Shown here: piece after piece, positions 26,730 through 39,935 of the stretch
Position numbering within the stretch: position 1 is the stretch's first letter
Layout of the letters: every line of letters starts with the position of its first letter
Source: Nemertoderma westbladi
Lineage: Eukaryota; Animalia; Xenacoelomorpha
Length of the DNA stretch: 64,000 bases
Assembly: GCA_032718475.1 (NCBI GenBank)
Contig: JAUCBJ010008799.1
Coordinates: 62,001 to 126,000 of the forward strand
Reading direction: 5' to 3'
Translations under genes and position numbers: made by a program
The notes under the pieces: model-generated
Told to the model about the DNA's origin: nothing
Seen by the model: the letters and a program-made list of their open reading frames with translations, nothing else
Databases searched by the model: none

Positions 26730-27792
26730 GTCGAGTCAATCTAGCAAAAAACCCATAAGTATTTCGCAATCAATCCGAACCACACATTTTGGATTCTATA
26801 TCACCTCGTTAATGGCCAAAAAAAATCTACAAAATTTTATTTTGAGGATCATATGTTTATTCATGGAAATTCTGCGTAAATTTGCATAACACAAGCCAAA
26901 CAAAAGGAACAGTAGGGGAGAGTAAGTAGCAAATTAGTAATGTTCCCAGTAGTTAATTTCACAATAAGCTGTGATTCAATGGGAAATTAGTAATATTTAT
27001 ACTGGCGTGTTACACATTAATTGCTATACCGTATCTCGGAAACTAGAAGTCGCTTCAAATTTTTAAATATTATATCAAAAACTTCACGATATATTTAGCT
27101 AACTGTTGTAAAAAAATTATACAATTCCACTCACTGTAAGGAAATCTCATAATTTCCATTAATGTTAGTGAAGATTTTTCACATACTTAAATTATGATTG
27201 CTCTATTGATTTTAGGTGTAATTTATTTATTTGTTTTAGTTTAGAAACAACAATAGTACATCATATAACAAATAAATTTTTTGGGGATAAGGGTTTTTGA
27301 GGTCGATAAATCCGATGGGCGAGGTTACATCCACCTGTTTAGTAGATAAGTTTTGTAAATAAGCTCCCTGTATTGTACCAGCAAAATTGTTATTAAAAAT
27401 GGTGAAATTATTAGACAAATTTCCGTTGCTCTGGAAACTAAATTGGTATCTATCTAGAAGTGCATACTTCCGTCAATTATTCAATTAATTCTATCTAGAA
27501 ATTTTATAATATAGTCTATGAATTAAATTTCTAGCTTCCGTCAATCGATAGTCATTAGAGTAAAGTTTGTCTGTACCAAATTTGGAGAAAACCCACCAAT
27601 AGACCCCTTGTTGCTATGTAAAATCCATGTTGCTAAGGAAATAAACAGGAAATTGAAGGTGATCCGCATAATATATTTTTATAGACATTTTTGGGGGTAT
27701 TAACAAAGGTAATGTAGAATAAAAAAAATTGGTTTGGGTAAATTGCGAATTTGTTATGGGTTGACCCCCTTTTTCGGCTAGATTGACTCGCC
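26730..27792. mobile_element. TA-flanked non-autonomous DNA transposon (MITE)
   Basis: TA|GTCGAGTCAATCTAGC ... GCTAGATTGACTCGCC|TA. Confidence 0.7.
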
Positions 27793-28708
27793 TATATATG
27801 TATTACTTTGAAATAAACTGAAAAATGATTTTAAATATTAAGAACTAAAAATTATTCCAGAATATTTTGTTTCCCTAGTGCAACATCATTATTAATAACG
27901 TTTTGATAAAAGAGAAGATTAATTATAAATTATTAATTATTAATTATAATATAAATTATATTAGGAATATAATTTGGTGTTATATTCTGCATAATTCGTG
28001 CTACATCATCATCATATCCAACCAACCACATGATTATCTGTGTACTGACTGGAGTTTGAGACCAATAATTAAATTGAATTGATTGCTTGAAACAGATGGA
28101 TAAATGCAGGAAAGGAAACCAACTGAATAAAATAAAAGGACCTAGTGATAGGGTATCTTGTATCCCAGTATTACCAAGTTTTTCCAACCAAACAAGAACA
28201 GGTTCCGACTAGTTTTTGATAGCTATGTTATATATTTTGGAACTTCTTTGAATTCCCATTTACTAATGGACCAGATAACAACAATCCTTCCATATCCGAT
28301 TCCGAGAAGGCACAGTGGGGTTTATTGCAGAGTCCGTTTATTGCAGAGTATGTAGAGTCCATGTTCCATTCCTTCTATATACATCCCACAGATAGAGACT
28401 TGCTGTGTTTCTTCTCGTTCAAGGATAATGACCCTACTAAACAGAAGTAGGGTTCACCTGTTTGGAAACCGTCCAAGCCCACCAATCTCCACCATTTGCC
28501 TGAGAACTGGAGCAGAATTAATGTGATGAATGAAACCCATTACGCAATTACATCTTGGAATATGATAATTGAAAGTACCGACATACTGACTAATGGGGGC
28601 TTGGTATATAAATATAATAAATGGGTAAACACTAAAGTCTTACATCCCTTAAAATATTTGGCATATGAATATATATACATAATATACATATGGCATATGC
28701 AAATCCAT

Positions 28709-29059
28709 GGGGCTCGAACCCGGTACGTAGGTTTCAAACTTCCAGTTATCATCAATCTGGTGTGTGTACTGAGCTGCCAGATCGGATGAAGATTTCGCTA
28801 TAGAGTGGGATATCATATTTAGGCCAACTAATCACTCAAAGGAAAGTACAACATTATTCCCATGCTCTGCCAGAAATGGCAAACATTCCTCAAAGAATAA
28901 CTATTATACAGTTTCCTTTGTGTGATTAGTTGGTTGATTCCATTCCATAGCGAAATCTGGTAGCTCAGTACACACACCCAGCTGATGATAACCGGAAGTT
29001 TGAAACCTAGGTGCCGGGTTCGAGCCCCAATAGGGCCGGTTGATATTTTTCGCTATGGA
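28709..29059. repeat. Divergent inverted pair of tRNA-derived SINE-like units (28709-28810 minus, about 28944-29059 plus)
   Basis: A-box-like TAGCTCAGT and B-box GGTTCGAGCCC in both copies; no intact cloverleaf. Confidence 0.7.
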
Positions 29060-29392
29060 GAGCATTATCATATTGTCCTATTTAGTTGTCCTATTTATTA
29101 TATTATATATTTAAATTATCCATCACTCAGCCCACAACAATTCACTAATTATTATCAATCTACAAATTATTGGCGCCCATTGCAATCAGTACTGACTGTG
29201 AGCTTCTAAGCAAAAAATTATATATCTGTGTGTAAAAATAAGAGGTTTACCTAAATAATACAATAATATTCAAACCCATTCCATAAACATAAAATAACCC
29301 ATTACTAATCCAACTTCAATTAAAAGCTTATTGATTAAAGAAAGAATCATTATAACTAAATCAATATAAAACAAATCTAATGTGTCACATAT

Positions 29393-32300
29393 TTATTTAG
29401 TTGTTTTCTTAGCTGTGAAATGTAAAAAGCTGTTCTCATTTTCAAGTAAACGTTTTGGTTCGTCAAATTCCACAATTTCTCCTTCACTCATTACAATGAC
29501 GCGATCACAGGTTAAGATGGTATCTATCCTATGAGCAATTGTCAAAACTGTTGCATTGCGGAAATTCCTTCTGATTGCTGTCTGTATAATTTCATCTGTA
29601 AACTGATCGATAGAAGATGTAGCTTCATCAATTAGAACAACCCTTGATTTTTTTAACATTGCTCTTGCTAAACATACCAATTGTTTCTCACCAATACTTA
29701 GGTTACCTCCACGTCTTTCAATTCCAAATTTCAAAATATCCATTCGTCTCTCAGTGGGAATAAGCGAACCATATTCAAAACATGTGCCACCAACCCATTT
29801 GGAATCAAGTCTCATTTCCAATGAAATTTTCAATTGCACAATTTCTAAAGCCTTAATGATCTCAACAGTATCAAACTCATTAAAAGGATCTAAGTTATAT
29901 CGCAAAGTCCCTTCAAATAGAAAGGGATCCTGTGGAATAACTGCTATGGAGTTCCGCAAATCATGTAAACCAATTTTAGTTATATCAACACCATCAATGG
30001 TGATTATTCCTTGAGGTTCAACAAGACGAAGTAACACTGTAAATAAGGAAGATTTTCCTGCTCCAGTGCGCCCAACTATTCCTATTTTCTCTGATGGTCT
30101 CGTTTTAAGATTTATTCCATGTAGGACCTCTCTGTCTCCATAAGTAAGTTTCACATTTTTGAAGGTGATAATGCCTTCATTTTGCCAATTGTTTGTTATT
30201 TGAATACCAGGAATGAGAAATGGAGCCTCTTGATCGAGTTTAGAGTAATCAAGAACACGTTCAACGGATGTTAAATCAATTTCTAGCTGAGCAGATGTCT
30301 GTATCAAAAAAATTATCATATTCACTATGCCAAACACATATATTACTGCCATACATAATATATCTTTCGATACCAAGTTATCCATATAGAAAGAAATCAA
30401 TAAAACAAATATGCTGAAAACAGCATATGGGGTAGACACAGTTATGGTAAGTAAGGAATTCATTACATTAACCATAAACAATGATTCAGTATGTTTATCT
30501 AAGTGGGTGTAGAAACATTTTACATAAAATGGTTGGACACCAAATGCTTTTATAACATCACGGCCTTCTATGGTATTAGAAGCATGTTGAAATATTGGAT
30601 TTCTTGCTGATCCTTCAATAAACTTCACTTGTTTAAAACTTTTCATAATAGACCGACGAATTCGGAAAATTATGACTAGTAGAGGAATAGCTAACAATAA
30701 AGTCCACGGATTAGCTATTCCAGCAACTAAGATCGCAAGAATACAATGACCAAAAGAAAGCATCATATCACTAACCAATTCTGCTATTCTGTTATCTAAT
30801 ATACCTATGTCTTTAGAGAAACGGTTTAGTATTCCACCTGCAGGATTCTGCTCAAAGAATTTCATTGGTGCATGTGAGACCTTTTTAAATGTGGCACAGT
30901 GTAATTTATCAGATGCACGTAGTATAATGAAATACATCGAAAATATACTGAGAGCACCATATAACAAATATGAAAAAACCAGATATGCATACAAAAGAAC
31001 AATATCTTTCCATTGGCTTTTATTGATAAATTTGTTAATTAAGTTACCATCAAGGGCATCATATTTATCTTTATCATTAAATGATGATTGCATAGCCCAA
31101 GCTACCAACCAATAATTAGACAATGACAAACAAATATATGTTAAACTTAATGTTGATATGAAGAATGAAACAAGTGGTACATTTAAACCACCTTTAATAA
31201 AGATAATAAATTTAGCAAATGATGACTCAACTCTTTGTTCCATGAATATTTCAGATATAATGCCACTATTAAGACCAGGATTACCTCCTTTACCTTCTGA
31301 CATTTGGTTAAAAGTGTCTTCATTATTTTGCAACATTTCCGGTGAATATATAGTAAGTGTTTCAGCAATTTCAATGCCATAAAGTGAAACTATTTTGGAA
31401 TTTGCAGGTATCATTTTTAATAGGTGAGTGACCATTATGACAATTCCTCTGGATCGACAGTGTTCTATACAGTTGTCTACTAAGGTTTGGGCCACTCGTC
31501 TGTCTACAGCTGAGAGAGGATCATCCATGAGGTATATATTTGCCCTTGAATAAACTGCTCTTGCTAAGGCTATACGAGCTTTTTGGCCTCCAGATAATGA
31601 TATTCCTTTTTCACCAACTAATGTCATATCTCCATCTTCAAATTGTAATAAATCCACTGTCAAACAACTTAGTTCAATAACTTCATTGTACCAATCTCGC
31701 TCAAATGTTTGTCCCAACAATATGTTTTCCCTTATTGTACCTGAGAAAATGAATGGTGTTTGAGATACATAAGCCATATTTCCATTTTTCTCAATTGAAC
31801 CACTTTCAGTAGGCAACTCACCTAGTATCGCCTGCAATAGACTGGACTTCCCAGAACCCACTGGACCTACAATGTACACGATTTCACCAAAAACCGCATT
31901 GAATGATATATTTTGAATGACCAATCCATTGTTGACAAACCATCGTCCTGAAATATTCTTTACTTTTAAATAAATTTCTTTGGGGTCAAATACATTTTTA
32001 TGTTTTCCCACTTCTAATTCCTCAACAGCAAATAGATTACAACCGAAACCAATAAATGTATTAATTCGTTGGAAAACACATTGAAGTTCTCCTAATTCAC
32101 GTAAGGCTGCACCAAAAACTGATAAACTTGTAATTAAATTTGACAATATAATGTTCGCACTAAGTACTGCGATTATATTTAAACGAAATCCAAGGGCAGT
32201 ATAAAGAAAAAATACCCAAAATGTAACAATATTGGTATAGGCAAATTTAATGAGAGAGTGGAATGAGTTGCAATACATGATTTTACATATCTGCAAGAAT

Positions 32301-33013
32301 TCTTTACTACGGGCCCTATTTACTGCTTCTTCAAATAATTCTTCCCAGCCATAAACTTTGATAGCTTTCATACCAAATAATATTTCACTCATCATTGTTA
32401 TTCTTCGATCAGTTAACACAGCAGCTTTACCTCTTACAATTGAAAAGTACTTTGCAAATCGCAGACTCAATGGGATAACCAAGATTACCAGAAACATTCC
32501 AAATATTCCAGACCATCCCAGATAGAAAAACATTATTGGAAACGCAAGAATTATCATAATAGGAGTTGAAATCAGACTATTCCCCAAAACTGCAAATATC
32601 TCAAATCTGCCTACATCTGTAGATAACAGGTTGGTAATCTGTCCAATTGTTGTATTTTGGATATTGAAAGAATCTAATTCCATTATTTTTCTGTAAATCA
32701 GGGCACTGCAACCAACCTTAATCTTTATCCACAATAGTTTAGAATAATATGAAGAATTCGTAGATGCAATTATTGATATAAACGAAGCAACTCCAATTAT
32801 CAAGCAATCGATTAATGCTCTTTCTCTGGAAACATTTCTATCAATTTTTAAATAGTATTCAATCAAGCTGTGTAGATATATAACTTTAACTATCAGGCAA
32901 ACTTCGTGAATGGCTTTTAAGATAGAACAAATAAAGAATTCTTTCCAATATATTCGTATTAATATGTCTTTAATATCCCTCTTTTCTCGTCTCTTTCCAT
33001 CTACATTCATAGT
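29393..33013 (-). CDS. ABCC4/MRP4-like ABC transporter, exon 2 (TMD1-NBD1-TMD2-NBD2)
   Basis: 1205-aa uninterrupted ORF. Walker A GPVGSGKS and GRTGAGKS, signature LSGGQ and LSIGEKQ, Walker B YLMDD and LIDE. Acceptor TTTGTAG|ACT at 33014/33013. Confidence 0.93.
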   Translation of the reverse strand, partial: TMNVDGKRREKRDIKDILIRIYWKEFFICSILKAIHEVCLIVKVIYLHSLIEYYLKIDRNVSRERALIDCLIIGVASFISIIASTNSSYYSKLLWIKIKVGCSALIYRKIMELDSFNIQNTTIGQITNLLSTDVGRFEIFAVLGNSLISTPIMIILAFPIMFFYLGWSGIFGMFLVILVIPLSLRFAKYFSIVRGKAAVLTDRRITMMSEILFGMKAIKVYGWEELFEEAVNRARSKEFLQICKIMYCNSFHSLIKFAYTNIVTFWVFFLYTALGFRLNIIAVLSANIILSNLITSLSVFGAALRELGELQCVFQRINTFIGFGCNLFAVEELEVGKHKNVFDPKEIYLKVKNISGRWFVNNGLVIQNISFNAVFGEIVYIVGPVGSGKSSLLQAILGELPTESGSIEKNGNMAYVSQTPFIFSGTIRENILLGQTFERDWYNEVIELSCLTVDLLQFEDGDMTLVGEKGISLSGGQKARIALARAVYSRANIYLMDDPLSAVDRRVAQTLVDNCIEHCRSRGIVIMVTHLLKMIPANSKIVSLYGIEIAETLTIYSPEMLQNNEDTFNQMSEGKGGNPGLNSGIISEIFMEQRVESSFAKFIIFIKGGLNVPLVSFFISTLSLTYICLSLSNYWLVAWAMQSSFNDKDKYDALDGNLINKFINKSQWKDIVLLYAYLVFSYLLYGALSIFSMYFIILRASDKLHCATFKKVSHAPMKFFEQNPAGGILNRFSKDIGILDNRIAELVSDMMLSFGHCILAILVAGIANPWTLLLAIPLLVIIFRIRRSIMKSFKQVKFIEGSARNPIFQHASNTIEGRDVIKAFGVQPFYVKCFYTHLDKHTESLFMVNVMNSLLTITVSTPYAVFSIFVLLISFYMDNLVSKDILCMAVIYVFGIVNMIIFLIQTSAQLEIDLTSVERVLDYSKLDQEAPFLIPGIQITNNWQNEGIITFKNVKLTYGDREVLHGINLKTRPSEKIGIVGRTGAGKSSLFTVLLRLVEPQGIITIDGVDITKIGLHDLRNSIAVIPQDPFLFEGTLRYNLDPFNEFDTVEIIKALEIVQLKISLEMRLDSKWVGGTCFEYGSLIPTERRMDILKFGIERRGGNLSIGEKQLVCLARAMLKKSRVVLIDEATSSIDQFTDEIIQTAIRRNFRNATVLTIAHRIDTILTCDRVIVMSEGEIVEFDEPKRLLENENSFLHFTAKKTTK

Positions 33014-34685
33014 CTACAAAAGAAAAAATGTATATTGTATGATTTAATTCCATGTTGGAGTGCTAAATTAACTTGATTTGGCTAAAAAATACTTGGATTG
33101 GCTAATATAAAATAAGCTATTCTTTTTTTCATTTCATTGATAAACCCAATCGATGCTCGTATTATATTAAAAAAAAACACAGTAAAAGAAGCACGAGCAT
33201 AATAAAATGGTAGTGCGCTATGATAAAATATGATGAAATTGGCACGAATGATCTGGTTGTATTAGTGCAACAATAGAGGAAGAAAATATGTAATATGTAA
33301 GCAATAAGAGCCACACCCACACCAAGCCCTTATTATATACCATAAAATTGCAGTACCCTAGAATGTTTCGAATTCCTCGGAAGATTAAGATTGCTTTAAT
33401 TTTATCTCCCCCCCCCCCCCCCCCCCCTAACGACCACAGATCACTTATATGTTAGGAAAAATTCTTATTTGAGTTACTTTCAATTACATTACCAAACTTC
33501 AGGAATATCTGTATTGTCAGGTAGTAATGAGGAGATGGCATATGAAGGTGTTTGGCATATGAAAATTATTTGGTGTATTTAACATGTTGATATTGGATGT
33601 GGAATTTCATTCTTGAGTGTAGTTCTACATCAAATATCACCTAGTACCTTTATTGATATTTGTTACTTTTTTGTTTATTGGTGTAAACATTGTCCATAAC
33701 GTACTTGCGACAACACTATTGCATTGGTGAGATAGTACAGATGAGAGTTGATATCAGAACAACATACACTGACAATTAAACAACTATTCTTATTCATGAC
33801 ACTTGCTCTGGGGTCTAAGCGAATCGCTATAGCAAAAAATATAGCAAAAGCAATATCTGACAGCAGGTTCCCTGTACGAGTTCAAAGGTCTAGTGAGAAA
33901 GGAGGGTAGATATATAACTAGAACACTCAGGAATTCCAAAAAGCGACTTTCGACATTCTCACCACTGTCGAAAGTCTGCTTATGAAAAGCACTTTAGTAT
34001 GATAATCTCCACCACCTTGGCAAATAAACACACTGTTGCTATTGGTCGGTATGATGAAGATTGTGAGTGATTACGTTGTTTTCCTTTATATACACTCACC
34101 AAAAGAGGAAGGCACCTCCCCAATAGCAATACAGGCAATAATAAGAGGGCAAATTAAACAGCAATAAGAGGCATTTTAATGTGGTTCATATGCTATTATT
34201 ATAAGAGGGATTTAGGATTGACAAGGATACTAGGGCGAAGGATAAGAAGACCTACAAGAGGGCAGTGGGAAAGTTGCCTTCTGGAAGAATTGCACTTAGG
34301 TTAATGAGTCGTCCAATAAATTGGACTGAGGGGGGTGAAAATGAGGGCAATACACCCTTCCCACAAAAATAAACATAAAATAAAAATATAATTACATATG
34401 ATGGATGAGTACAAACGTACTAATGTATACATGTACATCTGATGAGTACAACTGTATAAACGTACATAATATTTAGGAATAGATGGACATATTTATGTAC
34501 GCTTGATGAGTACAAATGTGCTAACGTACATAATTACATACGCACTAATGCCAGGTCAATGGGACCAATGATAGTACATAATACGTACTATTTTTTAGGA
34601 TTAGAAGGATACATAGTACCACATTTAGGATTAGATGAGTACACAGAGAACTGTTACTGACTCTTAATCACAGCAGGCAGGTAAT

Positions 34686-35816
34686 ATGGGCGAATCCCAA
34701 AGAAGTTCCGGTACTACAATCTCGGAGCTTAAAGCGATGTCAAAGACCAAGATTCGAGCTTTCTCGAAAGATTCAATAATTTATATATTTGTCTCTGATG
34801 ACAGCGCTCCGGTTACGTCCGTGGAAGTTAAAGAGATTTTAAAGGACAACAATATGGCTATAGTCGCTGCGGTAAAGGCGGAAATAATGTCTGATGTGGC
34901 GGATATTGTGGACGTTGCAAAAGACGAACTTCGAGCCGAATTCGAATATAAACTGAACGATGCAGTTAAAGGTGGATCGATCAACGATAAACCAGTGGTA
35001 GTGGCGTACGGGGTCATTCGCAAGGATGGGGAAAACCTCATGTCTTTGGCGCGGGATATCTTAGAAGTAATTAATTGTGGGGATATAATAATCCTGAAAT
35101 CTGAGCATATTGGCTCGGCTGGAAAGTCTCCGCCACTTCGTATTGAGCTCTCGCGCATTGAAGATAAGGTTAAGGTTCTCAAATCGAAAGTGGGTTTACG
35201 GGGATTGCGTTTCAAGTCGGTCTATTTATCTCCTGAAAAATCAGAAGAAAGGCGCATGATGGATGCAAACTTTAGAAGAATCCTACGATCTGAGGAGTTT
35301 TGCGGTAGCGATCTGATAATAACCTAATCTGGCCGTGTGGTAAAGAAAATGGCACCCAGAGCGGGTGGGAACCCAGGGGAGAATGGTTCAGATGAAGCTG
35401 GACATCAGACCGCAGGCGAGCACTAGGACTTTAGCCCCCAGCCCTGGCAGCATTTAAAGTCTGTGTCGCTTGGATGCTGGAATGTAAATGGCTGGACTCA
35501 ATCTAACTGTGAATTGCAACAGGCTGTTATTTTAGGTGAGGACCTTGACATAGTTATTATTTGTGAAACATTTATTGATGACAACACAGATCTCTCATTT
35601 ACTAATTATAAGTGGATTAGTAAGGCTCACTCTACAATATATAAGAAGGCTAAGAGGTTATCTGGGGGTGTAGGTATTTTCATAAAGAAGTCAATTTTGA
35701 ACGATTTTAAGGCGTTTCCGGCTTGTTTCATGTCGTTTCAGCTCGTTGGGCCTTTTAGGATGTACTGTGATGAGTATGTACCCTGGGTGGTTATAGCCTA
35801 TTCTACAATGTTGTAA
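34686..35816 (+). mobile_element. CR1/L2-group LINE 5' fragment (ORF1 plus start of APE endonuclease) in the ABCC intron
   Basis: ORF1-like RRM region (PPLRIEL...VYLSPE), then LGCWNVNG, IICETF, GGVGIFIK. Confidence 0.75.
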
Positions 35817-36719
35817 TGTAATATAATATTGCGACAAAGCAATGGATTTATTGTAGCACGGTAAGGGCGCTGGTGTAATGGGAATTGTATGCTTTAAATA
35901 CTTGAACACTTACTTGACCGGCAGTCACATGTATAGGCTACAGTAACTGAGAGCTGACTGTAGGCTGACTGGCCTAATCCTGCCTAAATACTGAAATGTC
36001 ACAAGTTGTAACTGGTACCGGTACCGGTACGGCCAGTATGAGTCAATCTGGCCGAGGAAAGCGGAATAGCGTAGTCTTTTCATCTTTTGATACTGTTAGA
36101 ACTCTTACTGCAGCACAAGTTACCGCCAACTGGGGATACTTGAATCCACTTTCAAACTTCTCATGGCCACTTCTAAATTTATAAAGTTATTGTTGTGCGC
36201 ATCAGACCTATCAGAATGCATACTTTATTAGTTTGCTTGTGTTAACCTTCTGTTTTCAGAAGGTTAACACGTTTTTAAAAAAAAACCGATATGGCCCAAG
36301 TATCCTTGACATGGGGATACTTGTGCCATCTGGTATAAAAGCTGTTAATTTTACTATTAATCTACTGTAACTGGCTACAAAACCCTTAACCCTATTAAAC
36401 CCGGGGGGGGGGGGGGGGGTCAATATGACCCCCCCCCGTGGTTTTTTTATTATAATTCTGAAACAAACGCAGTTGGGAATCTGAAATTTTATGACTTTTC
36501 CTAAAAATCTATTGTCTTCCTAATAGTGAAAACCGTTTTCAAAAATATTTGGTAGTTTTCGAGTTATAGCACCATTTTTTAACCCTACTTTTGGCACTTT
36601 TTTTGAGACGTTTTTTGAAAATTACATTTCATTAAATATGAATTGTAACATCTCTATTTTTGATTTACACCGGTTTTTTGGTGTTAGAAATTGGATGGAA
36701 TTCATATAAATTTATTTAG

Positions 36720-37430
36720 AAATTTCAAACTTGTTTTTTTCGGCGGGTGCCAATTTTTGGTGCCAGCACCAAATTTTGAAATATGTCAATTTTGTAAATT
36801 GATTGTGTGAAACTTGTTTTTTACGCAATTGGGGTTTTTTGGGGTTCTGGTTTCGATGAAATATATACGAGTTGCACCAAGCGTATCAATCTTGTATTTT
36901 TCGGTGGTGGGTGCAAATTTTGGTGCTAGCACGAAATTTTGAAAATCCATTCAATTGATAAAATTGCTTGTGACAATTTATTTCTTGCGTTTTAGATGTT
37001 TATGGCTATTCTGAATTGAATGGAATATATAATTTTCGAACTAGGCATCTCAAACTTGTATTTTTCGGAAGTGGGTGCAAAATGTGGTGCTAGCACCAAA
37101 TTTTGAATACCATCATAATTTGATTGTGTCACCTTGTTTCTTGCGTTATACGGGTTTGTGAGGGTTCTGAATTCAATGGAATCAGTAAAAATTTCATAAG
37201 AGTTTTCAAACTTGTATTTTTCACCGGTGGGTGAAAATTGTTGTGCCAGCACCAAATTTTGGAAAATAAGCAAATTGATCAGTAGATAGTATCATCTTGT
37301 TTATTGCGTTATACGGGTTTATGAGGGTCCTGAATCCGATGGAATCAATAAAAACAGCACTGGACATCGCAAATTTGTACTTTTTGGTGATGGGTACGAA
37401 ATTTGGTCCTAGCACCAAAATTTGCCAAAT
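36720..37430. repeat. About 160-bp tandem repeat (about 5 copies) with tttggtgctagcaccaaa palindrome, inside a piggyBac-like (TTAA|CCCT, about 36390) non-autonomous element
   Basis: caaacttgtatttttc...ggtgctagcaccaaattttg recurs at about 160-bp spacing. Confidence 0.7.
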
Positions 37431-37949
37431 TACGCCGAAAAATACAAGTAGCAATGATGGGGCATTTTAGAAATGTATTCCATTAGAATCAGCGCCCTAG
37501 AAAACCTGAAAATGTGAATTTATAGCATCGTATAAGTGAATAAAAAATTTTGTGTTCTAACTGAAAAGTGCTGGTTACTTCTTTTTTTCATTTTTTTCCT
37601 ACGCAGAGAGGACTAAACAGCCATTTATAGTAATCATATTATTTTTAAATATTTTCCAATGTATTTTGCGCCCCAGAAAACCTGTATTAAAAACAATTAG
37701 ACAAAAAATGTAACTTTCAAATTTTCTGAAAATTGTGCACTATTTGTAATTTTGGTGCTGCAATATAACCATCCCAGTACATTTTTTCGAAAATTTTTTT
37801 TTTCGGTCGGCTATAACTACTATGCTAAAATCAGCACTACTGGTTAGATATAGGAGGGGACCCTCCTGAATGCTTTCTGCATTTTTCTGCTCTTTTATTT
37901 TTATAAAATAATTTGTTGTACTTCCTCTACAGATATTGATCGCCCAGCG

Positions 37950-39293
37950 GGGATGTCGATTTTCTTGCCCCTTTTCTTGTGAGTTTGGATATCTTCTTCA
38001 CGATCACGACCAGTCAGCCAGTCACTCTCTTTAATAGGTGAATGAGGGCAGAATCGACTTCACTCCCTGGACTATTGGTAGCATCAGGTACTGGAACTTC
38101 GGAAGGGAGAATTGAGAGAAGCTTCTGACGATTGACTAGATATAGTCCGGTTTTAACCAGAGAACCAGAGATAACCAGAGACCAGATTCTGGTTAGGTCC
38201 TGAGCCACCATCATTTACAGCATCCATCAGTTTGGACAACAGAGATGGAAATACACTCTTTGGGAGCAAGTCTAGTTTCGGGTGTTTTGTTTTAAAGTCA
38301 TGTAGTATGTTTCTCCAACGTTTTTTTAATGGACCAAAAAAGGCCACATCTTGCGGTTGCAATTTATCTGTGGAATTTGCAGGAAGGCAAATAAATTGTA
38401 TATTGTGCAACTCACAAAGCCGAAGCACTTCCATCGACAAATGCGTAGAGAGATTATCACCAATGGTAATCTTCTTAGTTTCGTTACCATTTGCTTTTAG
38501 GACAGGTAATAGTATAGAAATGAACCACTCTTCAAAACCCTTAGTTTCAAACCATCCCGATGGCGAACACGAATATCTACTTCCTTGTGGGCCCCCAAGT
38601 GTTTATGATGTATAGACTGACCCAGCCTTATAAACTACGAATGGGGGTAGCAATTTTCCTGCGGCCGATTTGCCTTTGAGTGATCCCTAACCCTTTCAGG
38701 GTATTTGGTGATCATAAGAACTTTTTTTTTGCCAGGGTCATCAGACAAGTTGCTTTCGCATAGTTAAATAAACAGTCCGATGTAACTCCTTCAGCCTCTT
38801 TTTCGAACCGATCAAAAAATTCATTCACAACTGTAGCATCTACTTGGGCACGTTTACGTTTGATATTATTTCCTGCTATTCGAGTAGTTAAGAGTTCATG
38901 CCTTCCCAAAGACGAATAAACGAATTCATTACTTGGGAGATTATCCTTAAAAACCTTGCTTCTAACTCCTTTGGTGTCTAAAATAGTCTTAACCAAAATG
39001 CGAAGATCAAACGAATCAATTGGAAATCCCCAATCACACATCAGTTGAATGTGATTTACCAATACATTCTCTTGTTCAGTTGTTAAAACGGGAGGTTTTC
39101 CTGGGGGGTTTGGTTTAAGTTTTTTTAATCGACATTGCAAAGTTGCTCGTGAAATTTGAAATTGTTTCTCTGCTTCACGCTGACTCATGCCTTTCTTTAT
39201 AGCATCTAGTGCCTTATCCACATCCTCTGAGGTATAATTTAAGTAATTTCGAGCACCTAATCGCTTTTTGTGTGCTCTTGGCATGGTAGTCAA
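37950..39293 (-). pseudogene. pogo/Tigger-like DDE_1 transposase pseudogene
   Basis: HTH-psq plus CENP-B HTH (YTSEDVDKAL...MSQREAEKQFQISRATL; LTTEQENVLV..WGFP) and DDE_1 motif CLPANSTDKLQPQDVAFFGPLK; frameshifted. Confidence 0.85.
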
Positions 39294-39935
39294 ATATATA
39301 GTTATAAGTTAGTTAATAGTTATATATAAGTTAAATATATATTTCGTGTGTTTGTTATTTAATCACCAGTAGCAGTAAGCCTACCCCTGCCTACACAACA
39401 ATGTCATATGCCATGTGGCTAAAGTTAAAGTTAACTACTGTACTTCATGAACACAAAACTGGTTAGATGGCCAGACTCAGAATATAAAATAGATGACTTA
39501 TGACTGATTATCATTACATGTACAGGTACATGTACTTTGTTTACAAGTAGGCCTACTGGTATACAACTGTACAATCTGTAGAGGTACATATTGAATTTCC
39601 CACTCTTTTAGAAGCGATGCCTATTTAAAAATTGCCTAGTCTGCACTGGATGTAGTATTTTAAAGAAGCAACCTGTACAATTTTCATGATATTAAATTTG
39701 GTGGCCAGAGAATCCCCATGAAAAAGAAGTGGCTCAAGTTACCACATTTACCAATTATTACTTGTTGTCTAATATAAAGACAAATAAACCATTTTCAAAG
39801 TGCTAAGCATACAAAATTAAGTGTTTAAATCAATTCATTAGTGTCTATATTCATTAACAAACATTTGAAAGTACTTTTTGAAAGTTTTTTCAAACCCCCA
39901 CGGATATTTATGTAAAATGATGAAAAGTCAGGATA

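Noticed and set aside
28944-29030. Functional tRNA gene (also the tRNA-like stretch near 22205-22262)
   Set aside because: A/B boxes present, but D-arm, anticodon arm and acceptor stem do not form
36720-37430. CRISPR-like spaced palindromes
   Set aside because: The whole ~160-bp units are homologous, so this is a diverged tandem repeat within a DNA transposon
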